From Mobula hypostoma (Eukaryota): a stretch of DNA of 64,000 nt. Shown piece by piece: positions 25,761-39,149 of this stretch. Every line of letters begins with the position of its first letter. The stretch's first letter is position 1. The notes beneath the pieces are model-generated. The model saw only the letters and a program-made list of their open reading frames with translations, searched no databases and had not been told where the DNA came from. The stretch spans positions 12,834,001-12,898,000 of the forward strand of contig NC_086097.1 of assembly GCF_963921235.1 (NCBI RefSeq). Reading direction: 5' to 3'. The translations under genes were made by a program, and so were the position numbers.

Positions 25761-26217
25761 TACCTTGTGCCTGTGATGCTGCTGCAAGTAAGTTTTTCAT
25801 TGCTTGACTTTATTGGACTTTATTTGACAATGAGGGATTGAAACACACTACGTTACTCTCTGGTTCAATTCGGATCGGAGTATGACACACATAATGATCC
25901 AGAGAGAACTGCAAATTCTATGCTTTAAAAGACATTGAAGATTATTTCACTCGTAGGTACAGACCATACATAAGTCAGGCATTCGTAACCTGTGATAACC
26001 TCAGCTCAACAGCAAGAAGAGACAAGGTATTGGTTCAATATCGCATCCAGATATCAGTCCCTCGCACTCTCATCTCTCCGCAGTGCTGTGGTACCCCAGG
26101 TGGGACCTGAATCTGGCACTACATTCAGAAGCAAGAACAGAGCTGCAGATCCATACCTGATAAAGTGTAGCTGGAAGCCTAAAGCAGTGACTTAGGATGT
26201 GAAAAGTGGTTCAGCAG

Positions 26218-26400
26218 TGCACACAATATGCTGGAGGAGCTCAGCAGTCTATCGATGGGAATAAACAGTCGACATTTCAGGCTAAGGGTCTCTGCCCAAA
26301 TCATGGACTGTTTATTCCCATCCACAGACACTGTCTGACCTGCTGAGCTCCTCCAGCACATTATGTGTATTGTTCTGGATTTCCAGCATCCGCAGTGCCT
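26218..26400. repeat. Fold-back made of two inverted Penelope terminal repeats
   Basis: Arms at about 26218-26272 and 26304-26369 are reverse complements. Confidence 0.8.
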
Positions 26401-28041
26401 CTTGGGCCTACAAATGGTTCAGCATCTCCCCTTTTGTGAATTACTCCTACTGATAAAGGTTTATTGCATTGTGGTGTGTGGACTGGGGAAAACCCATGGA
26501 AAATAGCAAGCAGGATCTATACCCTCCCACTAAAGGAGCCCATGCAGCGGTTCCCCCCCCGCCCCCCGCATGCTCATTAATAGTTGTGTCACCCTGGAAT
26601 ATCTTCAAAAATACACAGAAGGGACTAATTGCCTCAGTCGAGTTCCAAATGGGTTCTGCCCACCTGCAATTCACTTCAGAGTGGGTGAGCAACTATTGCT
26701 CTCCCGCTGTCATGGTTGTCCCCTTCAGCTCTCCTGCAAGGTATCGGGAAATCTCGAAGGTGAGTAGGCAGCAGATGGCTCCGCACCACAGCTGTGTCCC
26801 AAAGCAGCCTGACAATCTTTGACAGGAGTTAAGGTGGAGACCTTTCAAAGCTTGGTTACAAGTTTTAAGGGAAGATCTGACATTTAAAAATTTAAAAATG
26901 TTTAAAATAATTTCAAAGAAATACGATGTTTTTTTTAAATTAAAAATTGGTGATCATGCAATATTAAATTAAGAAACAATATTAAGTAATAATGTAATGT
27001 AAAATGAGTTGGGTTGAGAGGGATAATAATCAGTCATGATGGAATGGTGGAGCAGACTCTCTGGGCCGATTGGCCTAATTCTGCACATATGTCTAATGGT
27101 CTTATGGTCTAAATTAATTAAAGGTTAAGAATTGAACCAATAACATTTTCTATCCAAACTGCAGTGCAAAGAATCAAGAAAATCACCATTGCATGGCTGG
27201 GTCTGCTTGGCAATGTGGGAAATGACAACAACATGGGACTTCTCAAGGAGTTCTGTGATGGAGCAGGGTGACTGATACACTGGCACCTGCCATTCATTTC
27301 TCCTGGACTCATAAATCCAAATCTTGCCTCTCTAGTAGTGGCTGCAGTTTGCCTCTTTCCTTCAGGTTTGGTGGCTAAGCAGTTTGAGGTTTCACTTGCC
27401 TAGAAGAGAAAAGACCAATGTCTGTATCAGCTTTTGTCGTCTGTCATGCTTGGTAATAAATTCCAGTATAACCAAAAGGAGGGCTGGCTGGAACTGTTGC
27501 CCTAGTTTGAAGTCAATAACCATTACAGATTGGTCAGATAAGAGGGGAAAAACACACAGAATGGAACAGATGTCTTTAACATTCATGGAAATGTCTAGTT
27601 TGGCACACAAGAAAAAAAATCCCCTGAAAAGCTGTTTTGCGAAGAAAAAAAAGTGTTCAGTGTGGTTAAGTAGGAGTGGTTTCCTTGAACTTTTTTGCAC
27701 ACCTCACTGTGAAGGAAGAGCCCGAGAAAGGAGTGCCAGACTATTAATCTTCATTGCACATCCTATAATAGAATTATGGACTCATAGATTCATACTGCGT
27801 GGAAACAGGCCTTTCAGACCAACTGATTCATGCTGAACAAAATTCTCATCTAAGCTAGTCTATTTGCTCATGTTTGACTTATACCCTTTTCTTTCCATTT
27901 ATCAGTCCAATTACCTGTTAAAAGTTAGTAGGATATGTGCCTCAACTATTTCTGCTGGCAAATCATTCCACATACAGACCTTTCTCTCAAGAAAAACGTT
28001 GCCCCTGATATTCCTATTAAATCTTGCTCCCCTCACCTTAT

Positions 28042-29111
28042 AGAAACATAATAGAAACATAGAAAACTTACAGCACAATACAGTGCCGAACATGTACTTA
28101 CTTCAGAAATTACCTAGGGTTACCCATAGACCTCTATTTTTCTAAGCTCTATGTACCTATCCAGGAGTCTCTTAAAAGACCCTATTATTTCCATCTCCCC
28201 CACCGTCGCTGGCAGCCTAGTCCACGCACTCACCACTCTCTGTGTAAAATACTTACTCCTGACATTTCCTCTGTACCTACTTCCAAACATCTAAAAACTG
28301 TGCCCTCTCGTGTTAGCCATTTCATCCCTGGGAAAAAGCCTCTGACTATCTACATGATCAATGCCTCTCATCATCTTATACACCTATATCGGGTCACCTC
28401 TCATCCTCCAACTCTCCAAGGAGAAAAGGCAGAGTTCATTCAACCTATTCTCGTAAGGCATGCTCCCCAGTCCATGCAAAATCCTTGTAAATCTCCTCTG
28501 CACCTTTTCTATAATTTCCACATCCTTCCTGTAGTGAGGTGACCAGAACTGAGCATAGTACTCCAAGTGGGATCTAACCGTGGTTCTATATAGCTATAAC
28601 ATTACCTCTCAGCTCTTAAACTCAATACCATTGTTGATAAAGGCCAATGGACCGTATGTCTTCTTAACCGACATTACATCCACTGCTCTACCTTCATCAA
28701 CGTGTTTAGTAACATCCTCAAAAAATTCAATCAGGCTCGTAAGGCACGACCTGCCTTTGACAAAACTATACTGACTATTCCTGATCATATTAAGCTTCTC
28801 CAAATGTTCCTAAATCCTGCCTCTCAAGATCTTTTCCATCAACTTACCAACCACTGAAATAAGACTCATTGGTCTATAATTTCCTGGGCTATCTCTACTC
28901 CCTTTCTTGAATAAGGGAACAACATCTGCAACCCTCCAAACCTCCAGAACCTCTCCCATCCCCAATGATGATGCAAAGATCATTGCCAGAGGATCAACAA
29001 TCTCCTCCCTCACCTCCCACAGTAGCCTGGGGTACATTTCCTTTGGTCCCGAAGACTTATCCAACTTGAGGCTCTCCAAAAACTCCAGCACATCCTCTTT
29101 CTTATTGTCTA
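28042..29111 (-). mobile_element. CR1 LINE with an internal deletion
   Basis: PGNYRPMSL, SCLTSLIEFFE and EYYAQFWSP motifs; (ttctatgt)n tail at about 28042-28066. Confidence 0.9.
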
Positions 29112-29493
29112 TGTTGTGCATGTGGCCTGGTTACACAATAATGCTATTAATAAAAACATTGGAGATGGGAGCATGGTTCTTTACTGGCGGCAACTGAACT
29201 GGGCACACACGTACAGATCAATACGCACTTGATAGCGCATACTCAATACGTGCCTAATAGCGCATGCAATGGCGTGTCCCTACAACATAAAGTAGTCCCT
29301 TATTATACTGTAGGCCATATGATACACTCGTCCCCTTTTATTTTAATAGTTGTATCAACTGTTTTTTTTTACTGGGTCACTATGATAAACAAGTATCTCT
29401 ACACTTAACATACAAACGCCTACCATTTGTTTACTTAGTAACTTAATAATATCAAATCATAACAAAGTAACATAATAATATAAAATTATAACA
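29112..29493 (-). mobile_element. Probable 3' LTR of the Gypsy element
   Basis: On the minus strand it starts TGT after a purine tract (aaaaaaaagggg) and ends ACAACA at the CR1 junction. Confidence 0.55.
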
Positions 29494-31029
29494 AGCCCCT
29501 TTTTTTCTTTTGTTTTTTTTTAAACTTGTTTTTACTTTTTTTTAACTTTTGATCTAAGACCCATTTATAACTCAAGTCTCTGTGGAGGTCTCTTCTGCCT
29601 CTTCGAGTAACATCTGACTTGAAACGTTTGCTTCGAGAATGAGTCTCCCCAGGTACCGCAGGTGGGTCCTCAGCACTGATGACAGGCTTATCTGTGGAGG
29701 AGGCTGATGTGGTCACAACAGGAGTGTTTGTTTCTATGTCCGGGGAGTCCGGGCAAGGTGTTGTTGTGTTTTTCACCTGAGCATTCAGGATTTGGTCCAC
29801 ATGCTGTCTCCGTACGTTCTCTTCCACCTGTACTCTGTACATCAGTGGCCCGTCTGTGGCGGAAATTATACCTGGCGGCCACATTTCAGTCCGGTAATCA
29901 CGTGCAAGAACTGACTGTCCCACAATGAAGCTCCATGTTGACTTAGCATTCAAGTGTTTGAACTGCCTGTTCTCCACATCATGCCGTTCATCTGGTTTAA
30001 GAAGATCCATGCCGGACCTCAGGTTCCTGTTCAGAAGCATCATCGCTGGAGTCTGGTTAGTGGTTGCGTGTACTGCATTATGATAGGCAAGGAGGAAGTT
30101 CTCTATCTTGTGTTGTAGTGGTCGATTTTCGCTGTCCCTTGCCTTGAGGGATTTCTTGAATGTCTGTACAAATCTTTCTGCCAAGCCATTTGTGGTTGGT
30201 TGGTAAGGGGTTGATGTAAAGTGCTTGATTCCATTGTTCTTCACAAAACTTTGGAACTATTCAGAGACAAATTGTTGTCCATTATTTGTGCAGATTTGTT
30301 CTGGTATGCCATTCCTGGGGAACATGGTCCTCAGCACTGTAATGGTCTTTTCCGATGTGGTTGTCTTCATTTTGATGACCTCTGGCCCATTTGGAATGTG
30401 CATCAACGGCGATTAAAAAGATAGAGTCCATGAGTGATTCAGCAAAGTCGATGTGCACTCATTGCCATGGTGATGAGGGACACTCCCACAGATGGAGAGG
30501 GGCTTGTGGTGATTAGACATCCAGAGCAGTTCTTGGTCATGTCCTCAATCTGCTTATCGATTCCTGGCTACCACACATAGGCACGGGCCAGACCTTTCAT
30601 CTTCACGGTACCCAGGTGACCCTCATGCAGTTCCTCCAGCACTCTGGTGTGCAGCTTGGGAGGAATCACAACTCGTGAGCCACACATTAGTGTTCCTTGA
30701 CACACTGACAACTGCTCCTTCCTCACTGAGAAGGCTGGAAACTGTGTTACCCCGCGTTGGCCATCTCTTTACCGTGATGTCATACACTTCTGACATGATA
30801 GGGTTATTGCGTGATTCCCTTTCAATGAGGCTGTTTGTCACTGGTAAATGTTCAACTATTGTTGTGTGAAAGACCTCTGCTGAATCCATTTGTGTAGTTA
30901 TCTCGGAAGTCGGCAGTGGTAAACGTGACAACGCATCTGCATTGCCAAGTTGCTTGGTCCTGTTGCATTCAATGTCATACATGTGACCTCCTAAGAACAG
31001 AGACCATCGCTGCAGCCTTTGTGCTGTCA

Positions 31030-31361
31030 ATAAGAGGAATAGATAGAGTGGATAGCCAGTGCCTCTTCCCCAGGGCACCACTGCTCAATATAAGGGGACA
31101 TGGCTTTAAGGTAAGGGGTGGGAAGTTCAAGGGGGATATTAGAGGAAGGTCTTTTACTCAGAGAGTGGTTGGTGCGTGGAATGCACTGCCTGAGTCAGTG
31201 GTGGAGGCAGATACACTAGTGAAGTTTAAGAGACTACTAGACAGGTAAATGGAGGAATTTAAGGTAGGGGGTTATATGGGAGGCAGGGTTTGAGGGTTGG
31301 TACAACAATGTGGGCCGAAGGGCCTGTACTGTGCTGTACTATTCTATGTTCTGTGTTCTAT
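31030..31361 (+). mobile_element. Young CR1 3' fragment nested in the Gypsy element
   Basis: Near-identical to the reverse complement of 46240-46565; interrupts Gypsy pol. Confidence 0.9.
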
Positions 31362-32387
31362 CACTGGAATGCCTTTTCTTGAATTGGAGATGATCAATCA
31401 ACAGGGTAAACTTTTGGCTATACAGATAGTGACTGAATTTCTTGACTCCCCAAACGAGGCTTGGGGCCTTTGTCAATTTGTGCATAGCAGCGTTCAGCTG
31501 AAGTTAGCGTTCTTGAGGCAAAGGCTATTGGTCTTTCTGAGCCATCTGGAAACTTGTGTGATAACACAGCTCCTATCCCATGGGGCGAGGCATCACAAGC
31601 TAGTCGGATTGGTAAGGAGGGGTCAAAGTGTGCGAGCACCCCTTCTGAAGTTATGAGTCTTTTAGTTTCTTGAGACGCTTTCAGTCCATTTCCATTGTGT
31701 TTCTGTCTGTAATAGTGCATTTAGTGGGTATAGGACTGTGGATAGGTTAGGCAAGAACTTGAGGTAGTAGTTCACTAGTCCAAGATATGCTCTCAGCTGA
31801 GACACATTTTTTGGTGGTGGCACCTTAAGCACCGCTTCTATCTTGTCTTGAGACATGCGTAAGCCATCCTTGTTGATCACATGCCCACAGTATGAAATCT
31901 CCTTTTTGAAAAACTCACATTTCTATCGATTAGCTCTGAACCCATATTCTCGTAACCTGGTGAGCACTTGTTCAAGGTTAGAAAGATGTTCGTCGTCATC
32001 TTTGCCGGTGACAATGATGTCATCCAGGTAACACTGAGTCCCTGGAATCCCCTGCAGGACCTGGTCCATTGCCCTTTGTCAGATTGCAGGTGCTAATGCT
32101 ATCCCAAGCACCAACCTGTTGTACTGGTAAAGTCCTTTGTGTGTATTTATTGTCAGGTATTTCCTGGATGCTTCATCGATTTCCATTTGGAGATAAGCCT
32201 GGGTCAAATCAATTTTTGTGAAATATTTCCCTCCTGACAGGGAAGCAAAGATGTTCTCAGTACGAGCTAGAGGATACAGTACTGTGCGGAGAACTGGGTT
32301 AACAGTCGTATTAAAATCACCACATATGCGCACCTTGCTTGTTTTTCCTGGTTTTGTGCTGAAGGTTTTCTTCATCACTGGAACAAT

Positions 32388-33010
32388 AGGCGTGATGCTA
32401 TCCCTGATCAGCAGTGCCACGCCTCCAGCCCTTCTGCCTCTCTCCTTGTCCTTTCTGAAACATCTAAAGCCTGGCACTCTAAGTAACCATTCCTGCCCCT
32501 GAGCCATCCCAAGTCTCTCTGCATCTCAGAGTTTTGGACTTTCTCCCCATTTAGAAAATAGTCTGCAAATTTGTTTTTACTACCAAAGTGCGTGACCCAG
32601 TATTTCCCAACATTGTATTTCATTTGCTACTTTCTTGCCCACTCTCCTAACCTGTATAAGACCTTCTGCAGCCAACCTGTTTCCTCAAAACTACCTGCCC
32701 CTCCACCAATCTTTGTATTTCCTGCAAACTTGGCAACAGCTATCTACTCCATCATCTAAATCATTTATACACAGCATAAAACAAAGCAGTCCCAACACCA
32801 ACACCTACAGAGCACCATTACTCCCTAGCAGCCAACCAGACAAGGGTCCTTTTATTCCCACTCACTGCCTCCTACCAATGAGCCAATGCTCTAATCATGT
32901 TAGCAACCTTCCTGTAATACCATTGACTCTTAAGTCAGTCAGCAGCCTCATGTGTGGCACCTTGTCAAAGGCCTTCTGAAAGTCCAAATATACAACTCCA
33001 CTGCATCCCC
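32388..33010 (-). mobile_element. CR1 fragments (endonuclease piece joined to an RT piece)
   Basis: GQEWLLRVPGFRCFRKD and MKYNVGK...QRDLG motifs. Confidence 0.85.
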
Positions 33011-33494
33011 TTTAAACTGAAAAGTGCACAGAGAAAATTTATGAAGATGTTGCAAGAGACTGAGTGAGGGAGAGAGACTGAACTGGCTGGGACCTTTTTC
33101 ATTGGAGCGTGGGAGAATGGAGGATGATCATATAGACATGGTTAAAATAGTACCTGGTAATGGATCCCAAAGAGAAAACAGCAGGCACTTCATCATTGAT
33201 CTAGGCCGACCCCAACTCCCCTTCTTCACCAATTCACCATACCCCAATATTCTAGGATCAGTAATATACTTATCCATTTTGCTTTAAATACTTTTAACAA
33301 TCCAGCTTCCATCACCCATAGGGGCTGGGAATTCCAGGCATTCATCACACTCAGTATTGAGAAATTTCTGTCAGCTCTGTTTTAAAGAGGCAGCCATTAT
33401 TTCGTAGCTGCAGTATGTCCTTTTGTTCAAGAATCGTTCATTAGTGAAAACATTCTCACCCACGTTTACCTGGTTAAGCCTCCTTTGGAACTTA

Positions 33495-34035
33495 AACTCA
33501 AGAAATTCCACAGATGATGGAAATCCGCAGCAACACTCACAAAATGCAGGAGGAACTCAGCAGGCCAGGCAGCATCTATGGAAATGAATAAACAGTCAAC
33601 CTTTCAGGCCAAGTCCCTTCATCAGGACTGGAAAGGAAGGAGTAAAAAGCCTGAATATAACGGTGGAGCCAGGGGAAGGAAGATAGCTGGAATGTGATAG
33701 GTGAAGCTGGGTGGGTGGGAAAGGTAAAGGGCTACAGAAGAAGGAATCTTGTATCATTTCTTAATGCATGCATTACTAAATGACAATAAAAGAGGACTGC
33801 CTGTCCTCATAATCTAACCTAATCTAATAGGAGACAAGAGTGGATCGTGGGAGAAAGGGAAGAAGGAGGGGCACCAGGGGGAGCTGATAGGCAGGAGAGG
33901 AGAAGAAGTAAGAGGTCAGAGTGAGGAACAGAGGAGGGAACAGGGAGGGAAAATAATTACTAGAAGGAGAAAGCAATGTTCATGCCATCAGGTTGGACTC
34001 CAGACAGAATATAAGATGTTGCTCTTCCACCCTGA
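33495..34035 (-). mobile_element. Penelope 3' fragment with a degenerate hammerhead motif (33594-33629) and a nested retroposon tail (33749-33828)
   Basis: Similar to 14010-14470; the nested piece matches 38570-38635. Confidence 0.8.
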
Positions 34036-34036
34036 A

Positions 34037-34121
34037 TGTTGCTGTTGTGTCTGTGCACAACTAAATATCGATTAAATAAAGGCATGCGAAGGGGGATGTC
34101 TTTAACTGGTGTATTCACATT

Positions 34122-34156
<35 letters not shown>

Positions 34157-35220
34157 AATATGCATGTATAGTCTACAGATCAATATGTAGTGCTAAGTGG
34201 GGGGTTGTCATTGCACTAAAAGAAATAGATCTACATTTCCTCTCCCTTTTGATTAATGCACCATAAAACTGTATATGTACAAAACATTCAATTTCCCTTT
34301 CCTGAACCCATATTCCAAATTACCGTGCTTTCCCAATGACAGTCGATAACTAACTTCACAGTTTTAAAGGTTCAGTCTTTTGGGTGGTGCTCTATTTCTT
34401 TCAGGATAACACCTCTGGACCTGTAGAGTGGAAGCGGGTTTGGCAGGTGTCTTGTCTAGGACAACGTTTCTCATTTTCTGGTGTCTCTTTGCTGTCAGTA
34501 ACATGATTATCACTGAAAGGTAAGTTCAATATGTCCATCTTGTTCGATGCAATCAACTCAGGTGTATTCTTCAGTTGAGCATCCAGCATCTGGTCCACAT
34601 GATGTCTCCATGTCTGATCTCCAACATCCACTCTGTACTTCAGTTCTTGTAGCTATCTACCAGGTGTCCACCTGTCTTCTCAGTAATCATGTGCTTGGAC
34701 TTGCTGTCCAATCTCGAAGCTCCTTTCTGCCTCACTTGGCAACTGGCTGATCTGTTTATTCTGCACTTCCCTCCAGAGGTCTGGTTTCGGGAGGTCTGTG
34801 CAAGATCTCAGATTCCTGCTCATAAACAGCATTACAGGAGTTTGATTTGTCATCGCATGAGGAAAGTTCCGATATACAAAAAATAAGTTGTCCACCGTGT
34901 GCTGTAGAAAAATGTCCATTGCTTCAATGGACTTCTTGAAGGCTTGGATAAACCTTTCAGCTAACCCAATCATTGCTGGATGGTGAGGCCTGACTTGAAA
35001 TATCTGATGCCATTTTTCTCCATGAACAGTTGGAATTGTCACTCACAATTTGTTCAGGTAAGCCGTTTCTAGCAAAGGTGGTTTTCAGAGTGGAGACAGT
35101 CTTTGCTGAGGTGGTTGATTTCATTGGTATAACCGCTGACCATTTCAAACGAGCATCCACAGCAATCTGAAATATGGAGTCCATAAATGGCCCAGCAAAG
35201 TCAAAATATACTCTTTGCAT
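34037..35220 (-). mobile_element. Second, older Gypsy remnant (integrase, polypurine tract and probable 3' LTR at about 34037-34235)
   Basis: QRVYFDFAGPF, FARNGLPEQIVSDN and GLAERFIQAFK; purine tract aaaagggagaggaaa (34236-34250) followed by TGT. Confidence 0.88.
34125..34154. repeat. (AG)n microsatellite
   Basis: Seen directly in the sequence. Confidence 0.95.
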
Positions 35221-36984
35221 TTTGATGATACCTGGTCCACCAATTAGATCTTAAACATTTTAATTAGATCACCTCTCGTCCTTCTGAATTCCAAGTAATA
35301 TGTTCCTAACCTATTCAGTCTTTCTTGGCAGGACAGCTGTCTCATTACAGTACTTCCATAAAACGTGATCCTTGAACCAAGGTGGAAGAAGGTGTCTAAA
35401 AGTTTGTTACTGAATTGTGTAAGCTTGCTTCATTGGATCCTGAGGCCACAGAATTTTTCACCTATCAACAAGGAAGGACAGAGATATCTTTTGAGGTTTT
35501 TGACTGTTCAAACATTTAGGTGCTCCTCCAAGTCATTCCAATGTAAAACAAACTGAGAAGAATACAATATCACTTTGAATTGTGGAAACTTTTAAATTGT
35601 GCTCAGTCGGATGTTGTGTAGGGAGGCATATTACAAGTGTCAGGGATATGTATTGTGCAAGCAATGATCCTTCTGAATTGCAGTGATATTTTTTGAATGC
35701 ACAATATTGTTGTGTTTGTAGGACATTATGGAAACCCCTTTTACATGATTCATTCTGACCTTTTCAAATTCTATCTGTTTGAAGTTGACACTCTTTGAAA
35801 ACTGCATTTTTTTTCCATTTATAATCTACCTAAGAGAAATGTTTAGATTACAAGATAAGTATTTCTTATTGAAGGTACAAAAACATCCCAGCAAAGATTA
35901 TTTGCACCTAGGCACCCGATGTACTCCTCTGTTCCTCCCTGCAATTCCTCCTCCAGCACCTGGTGCCAAAAGGCATGGGCAGTGCCAGCAATAGTGGTAG
36001 ACGTGATGGTCCTCCTGTGTGTGGTTTCCGTTCATCCAGGGGCAAAGGGAGGAGGGAAATTGGCAGTGGAGGATTGCGAGGGAGAAGCAGTTGGTGGGAA
36101 CTGAATCCGGCAACATGCTGTGGTCAATTATTACTAATAAGTCAAGCTGTTTTCTTTAAGGAATGAGAGAAGCTTGATTTATATTTCATTAAATAGAAAT
36201 AAAACATTCAGCTCATTTAAGAGTCATCATAAAGACAAAATAATAAATGTGATTAGTCTCCCAGTGGTTGTAATACTAAAGCCTCTATAGTCTTCGCATA
36301 CAGCTTCGGGCCAGCAGACAGAATTGTGTGATGGTCCTTCTATTAAAACCACAATGACTCATTTGCAAATGACAGCACTTTTTAAAACGGCAATTCCTCC
36401 ACTCTAATATACGAGAGCTTGGCTTTGTGCCACGGAGCCCTGTTTCTCGTTGATGAATTTACAGCAGGCTTCAACTTAATGCAGAAACAGTGATGCTGTG
36501 GCACACACTCCTTACATATGGTGAAAGTGACATGTGACTACATTACAACAGCACGTGGATCCGGAATAATGCACAAGCACTTTGCCTTCAGATGGGTTTT
36601 GTTACTGAGGATGCCTTGCATAATTGCTAGCAAGACTTATGCTGGCAAAACTTGAGTTAGGGAGCGGCTTCTCAGTATGGGTGTTTCATTACTAATCAGC
36701 TTACTTTCAGCAAGAACATTAATAGCAGAAGCAGGAGTTCAATATTCACCCCTGCATATCTGCTCCATCTGAGGCTTCATAAGGCACTGTCAGACTGTAC
36801 TCAGAGTACCGTGAGTAAGACTGCGGTGCGTTCGGATGCAGCAGCCTCTTAGGGGCAATTTTTTGTTGTTAAATGTCTTTTTAATGATCTCAATGTAATA
36901 CTGGACTCCAAGAACTTTGGGTAGTGCTGGTCTACCCCATCAGTGGGCTGCTCGTTGATCAGAGGATCTGGTTTGACTGCTGAA

Positions 36985-37066
36985 GGAGCTGGATTGGGTG
37001 TTGGAGGAGCAGGACTGGGTGTCGGAGGAGCAGTGCTGGGTGTCGGAGTAGCTGGACTGGATGCAG
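36985..37066. repeat. 21-bp minisatellite, about 4 units, inside a probable non-autonomous retroposon (about 36817-37633)
   Basis: Units resemble ggagcaggactgggtgtcgga; the host element ends in (atttg)n. Confidence 0.75.
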
Positions 37067-37974
37067 ACCGTGTTGCTGCTTGGTACAGGAAGGCATCAAA
37101 AGCATTGGAGTTGGTGCACGAAGTCATTGTGCAGTGTAACTGTGGGTGATTATCTTGGACATTTCTCTTGCGATTGCAAGACCCTGTTGGACAGTGATGT
37201 TACCCTTGTTCGAAAGTGCGACAGGCGGCAAGGAAACTGGATTGCCTCTTTCTTAGCGAAGATTAGGCCTCAAGCTGCAGGCTTACCTGCTACAGTCCAG
37301 GAGAGGGGACGCCGGAGGTGGTATGTTGCAGCATCTGTGTGCAGTGAGGGGGCTGACCTCTCCCATCAGTGCTTCCCCCTAGTGTTCGACTGGTTAAATG
37401 ACAGGCTGGATTGCAGTGCCTATACACTGCTGAAAGCTGTACCATCAATCTGCGGGACATGTCGCTCAGTGACTCGGGCTATATATTTTTTTGGATGACT
37501 GTTTTTATTGCTTGCTATTTTGATTTATGTACTATGTATGTTTTGCAGCTTGGCCCGAGAGGAACAATGTTTTGTTTAGCTGTATTCATGTATTCTTGAA
37601 TGATGGTTAAACTTGAATTTGATTTGATTTGATCTAAGAAAAAAATGCACTGGCAATAGAAAGGGCCCAGAGGAGGTTCATGCGGGGAGAATCTCATTAA
37701 AACCTATCGAGTATTGAAAGGCCTTCAAAGATTGGTTGAATACCATGTCGCCTCTCCTATTTGGTCCCATGTTCTTCCTTCATTCAGATTCAAATTCAGG
37801 TTTATTTATTTATCACACACACATCAAAACGCAGTGAAATTACTCATTTGTGTTAACAACCAACACAATTCAAAGATGTGTTGAGGGAAGCCCACAAGTT
37901 CCAGCAACAATATAGCATGTCCACCATGCTTGTCAGAACAACTTAGATTCTCTAGCTACTGTATATATCCTTAC

Positions 37975-38640
37975 TGAGAAGATGGCGGCGTGATGCAGCG
38001 CGGGCGGCCGCTCCAAAATGATATCGTATTTGTAAGTAGGTACCGTGCACAATCTTGATTTGATGGAGACAGACGTGAGAAACACAGAGGAACATCTGGA
38101 GAAACTTCTGAAATGCCCGTTACACTGCCGCTGCTACAGTGCGATCGAGAATCTCCAGAAGCGAAGGCCCCAAATCCTCGGCTTTGCCTATTGTCTGTTG
38201 CCGGGGCCGGGGTCGAAGCGCTCGGCAGAGATGGTGCTCGGTGCTTGGTGTCAGAGGGCTAGTCAGAGGCTCGAAGTTTTCGGACGAACTCAAAAGTCGG
38301 CTGCGGTCGGGTGCTTCCAGGGTGCTGCATCGGCAAGTTTGCGGAAGCTCATGGCAGGAAGAGAGTTTTTCTTCCTTCTACCATCTGCATGAGATGATGG
38401 GACTTTTGAGAGACTTTGAGACTTTGTTTTTACCGTTTCCATGGTCTGTTCTTTATCAAATTACGGTATTGCTTTGCACTGTTGTAACTATATGTTATAA
38501 TTATGTGGTTTTTGTCAGTTTTTCAGTCTTGGTTTGTCTTGTGTTTCTGTGATACCATTCTGGAGGAACATTGTATCATTTCTTAATGCATACATTACTA
38601 AATGACAATAAAAGAGGACTGCGTGTCCTCATAATCATAA
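37975..38640 (+). mobile_element. CpG-rich non-autonomous retroposon
   Basis: Starts aagatggcggcg; ends AATAAA...cctcataatcataat; the tail recurs at 33749-33828. Confidence 0.7.
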
Positions 38641-39149
38641 TATATGTGCCCAAGACCTTTGCACAGCCCTGTATACAAAAATTTGTAAGATCGAGAAATT
38701 TAGGATTAAGGGGAATGGGCACAGAAGAGGAGTTTGGGTCAGACTAGATCATATGTAATCTGTGGCAGGTTTGAGGGGTTAGGAACACTTCTCCTACAGC
38801 TATTTCCTTTTTTTTTTGTGCTCTGTATTCATGCCCATGATAAACTAGAGCTGGGAAGAGAGAAAAGTCAAGAGATTGGGGGGTCTGACGGACCCCCAAA
38901 AGACACTCACAAATTTCTACAGATGCATCTTGGACAGCATTCTAACTGGCTGCATCACAGCCTGTTGGTTGGGGGGGGGGGGGAGGGTGGTAAGAGGCAC
39001 TGTATAGGATCAAAATAAGCTGCAGAACATTGTGAACTCACTCAGCTCCATCTTGGGCACTAGCTTCCCCAGAATCCAGGAGCGAAGCCTCAGAAAGGCG
39101 TCATCCATCATTAAGGACCCCCTTTACCAAGGACGTGCCCTCTTCTCAT

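Larger units (their letters stand above)
29112..32387 (-). mobile_element. Gypsy (Ty3) LTR retrotransposon, decayed pol (RT-RNaseH-integrase), 5' part missing
   Basis: KVRICGDF, FTKIDLTQAYLQ, YLDDII, LACDASPHGIGAVLSH, RLQRWSLFL and PTTNGLAERFVQTFK in Gypsy domain order. Confidence 0.93.

Noticed and set aside
27384..27836. 150-aa ORF in mostly unique DNA
   Set aside because: Non-ATG start, no recognisable domain, and it runs into a CR1 tail.
32079..32507. ORF that seems to fuse a CR1 endonuclease segment to a Gypsy RT
   Set aside because: Chance in-frame junction of two decayed elements; neither domain is complete.
36849..37149. Pro/Ala-rich and Gly/Ala-rich ORFs resembling structural proteins
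   Set aside because: Produced by a 21-bp minisatellite within a probable retroposon; no supporting gene structure.
37975..38350. CpG-island-like stretch suggesting a host promoter
   Set aside because: Lies within a repeat whose tail recurs elsewhere in the window.
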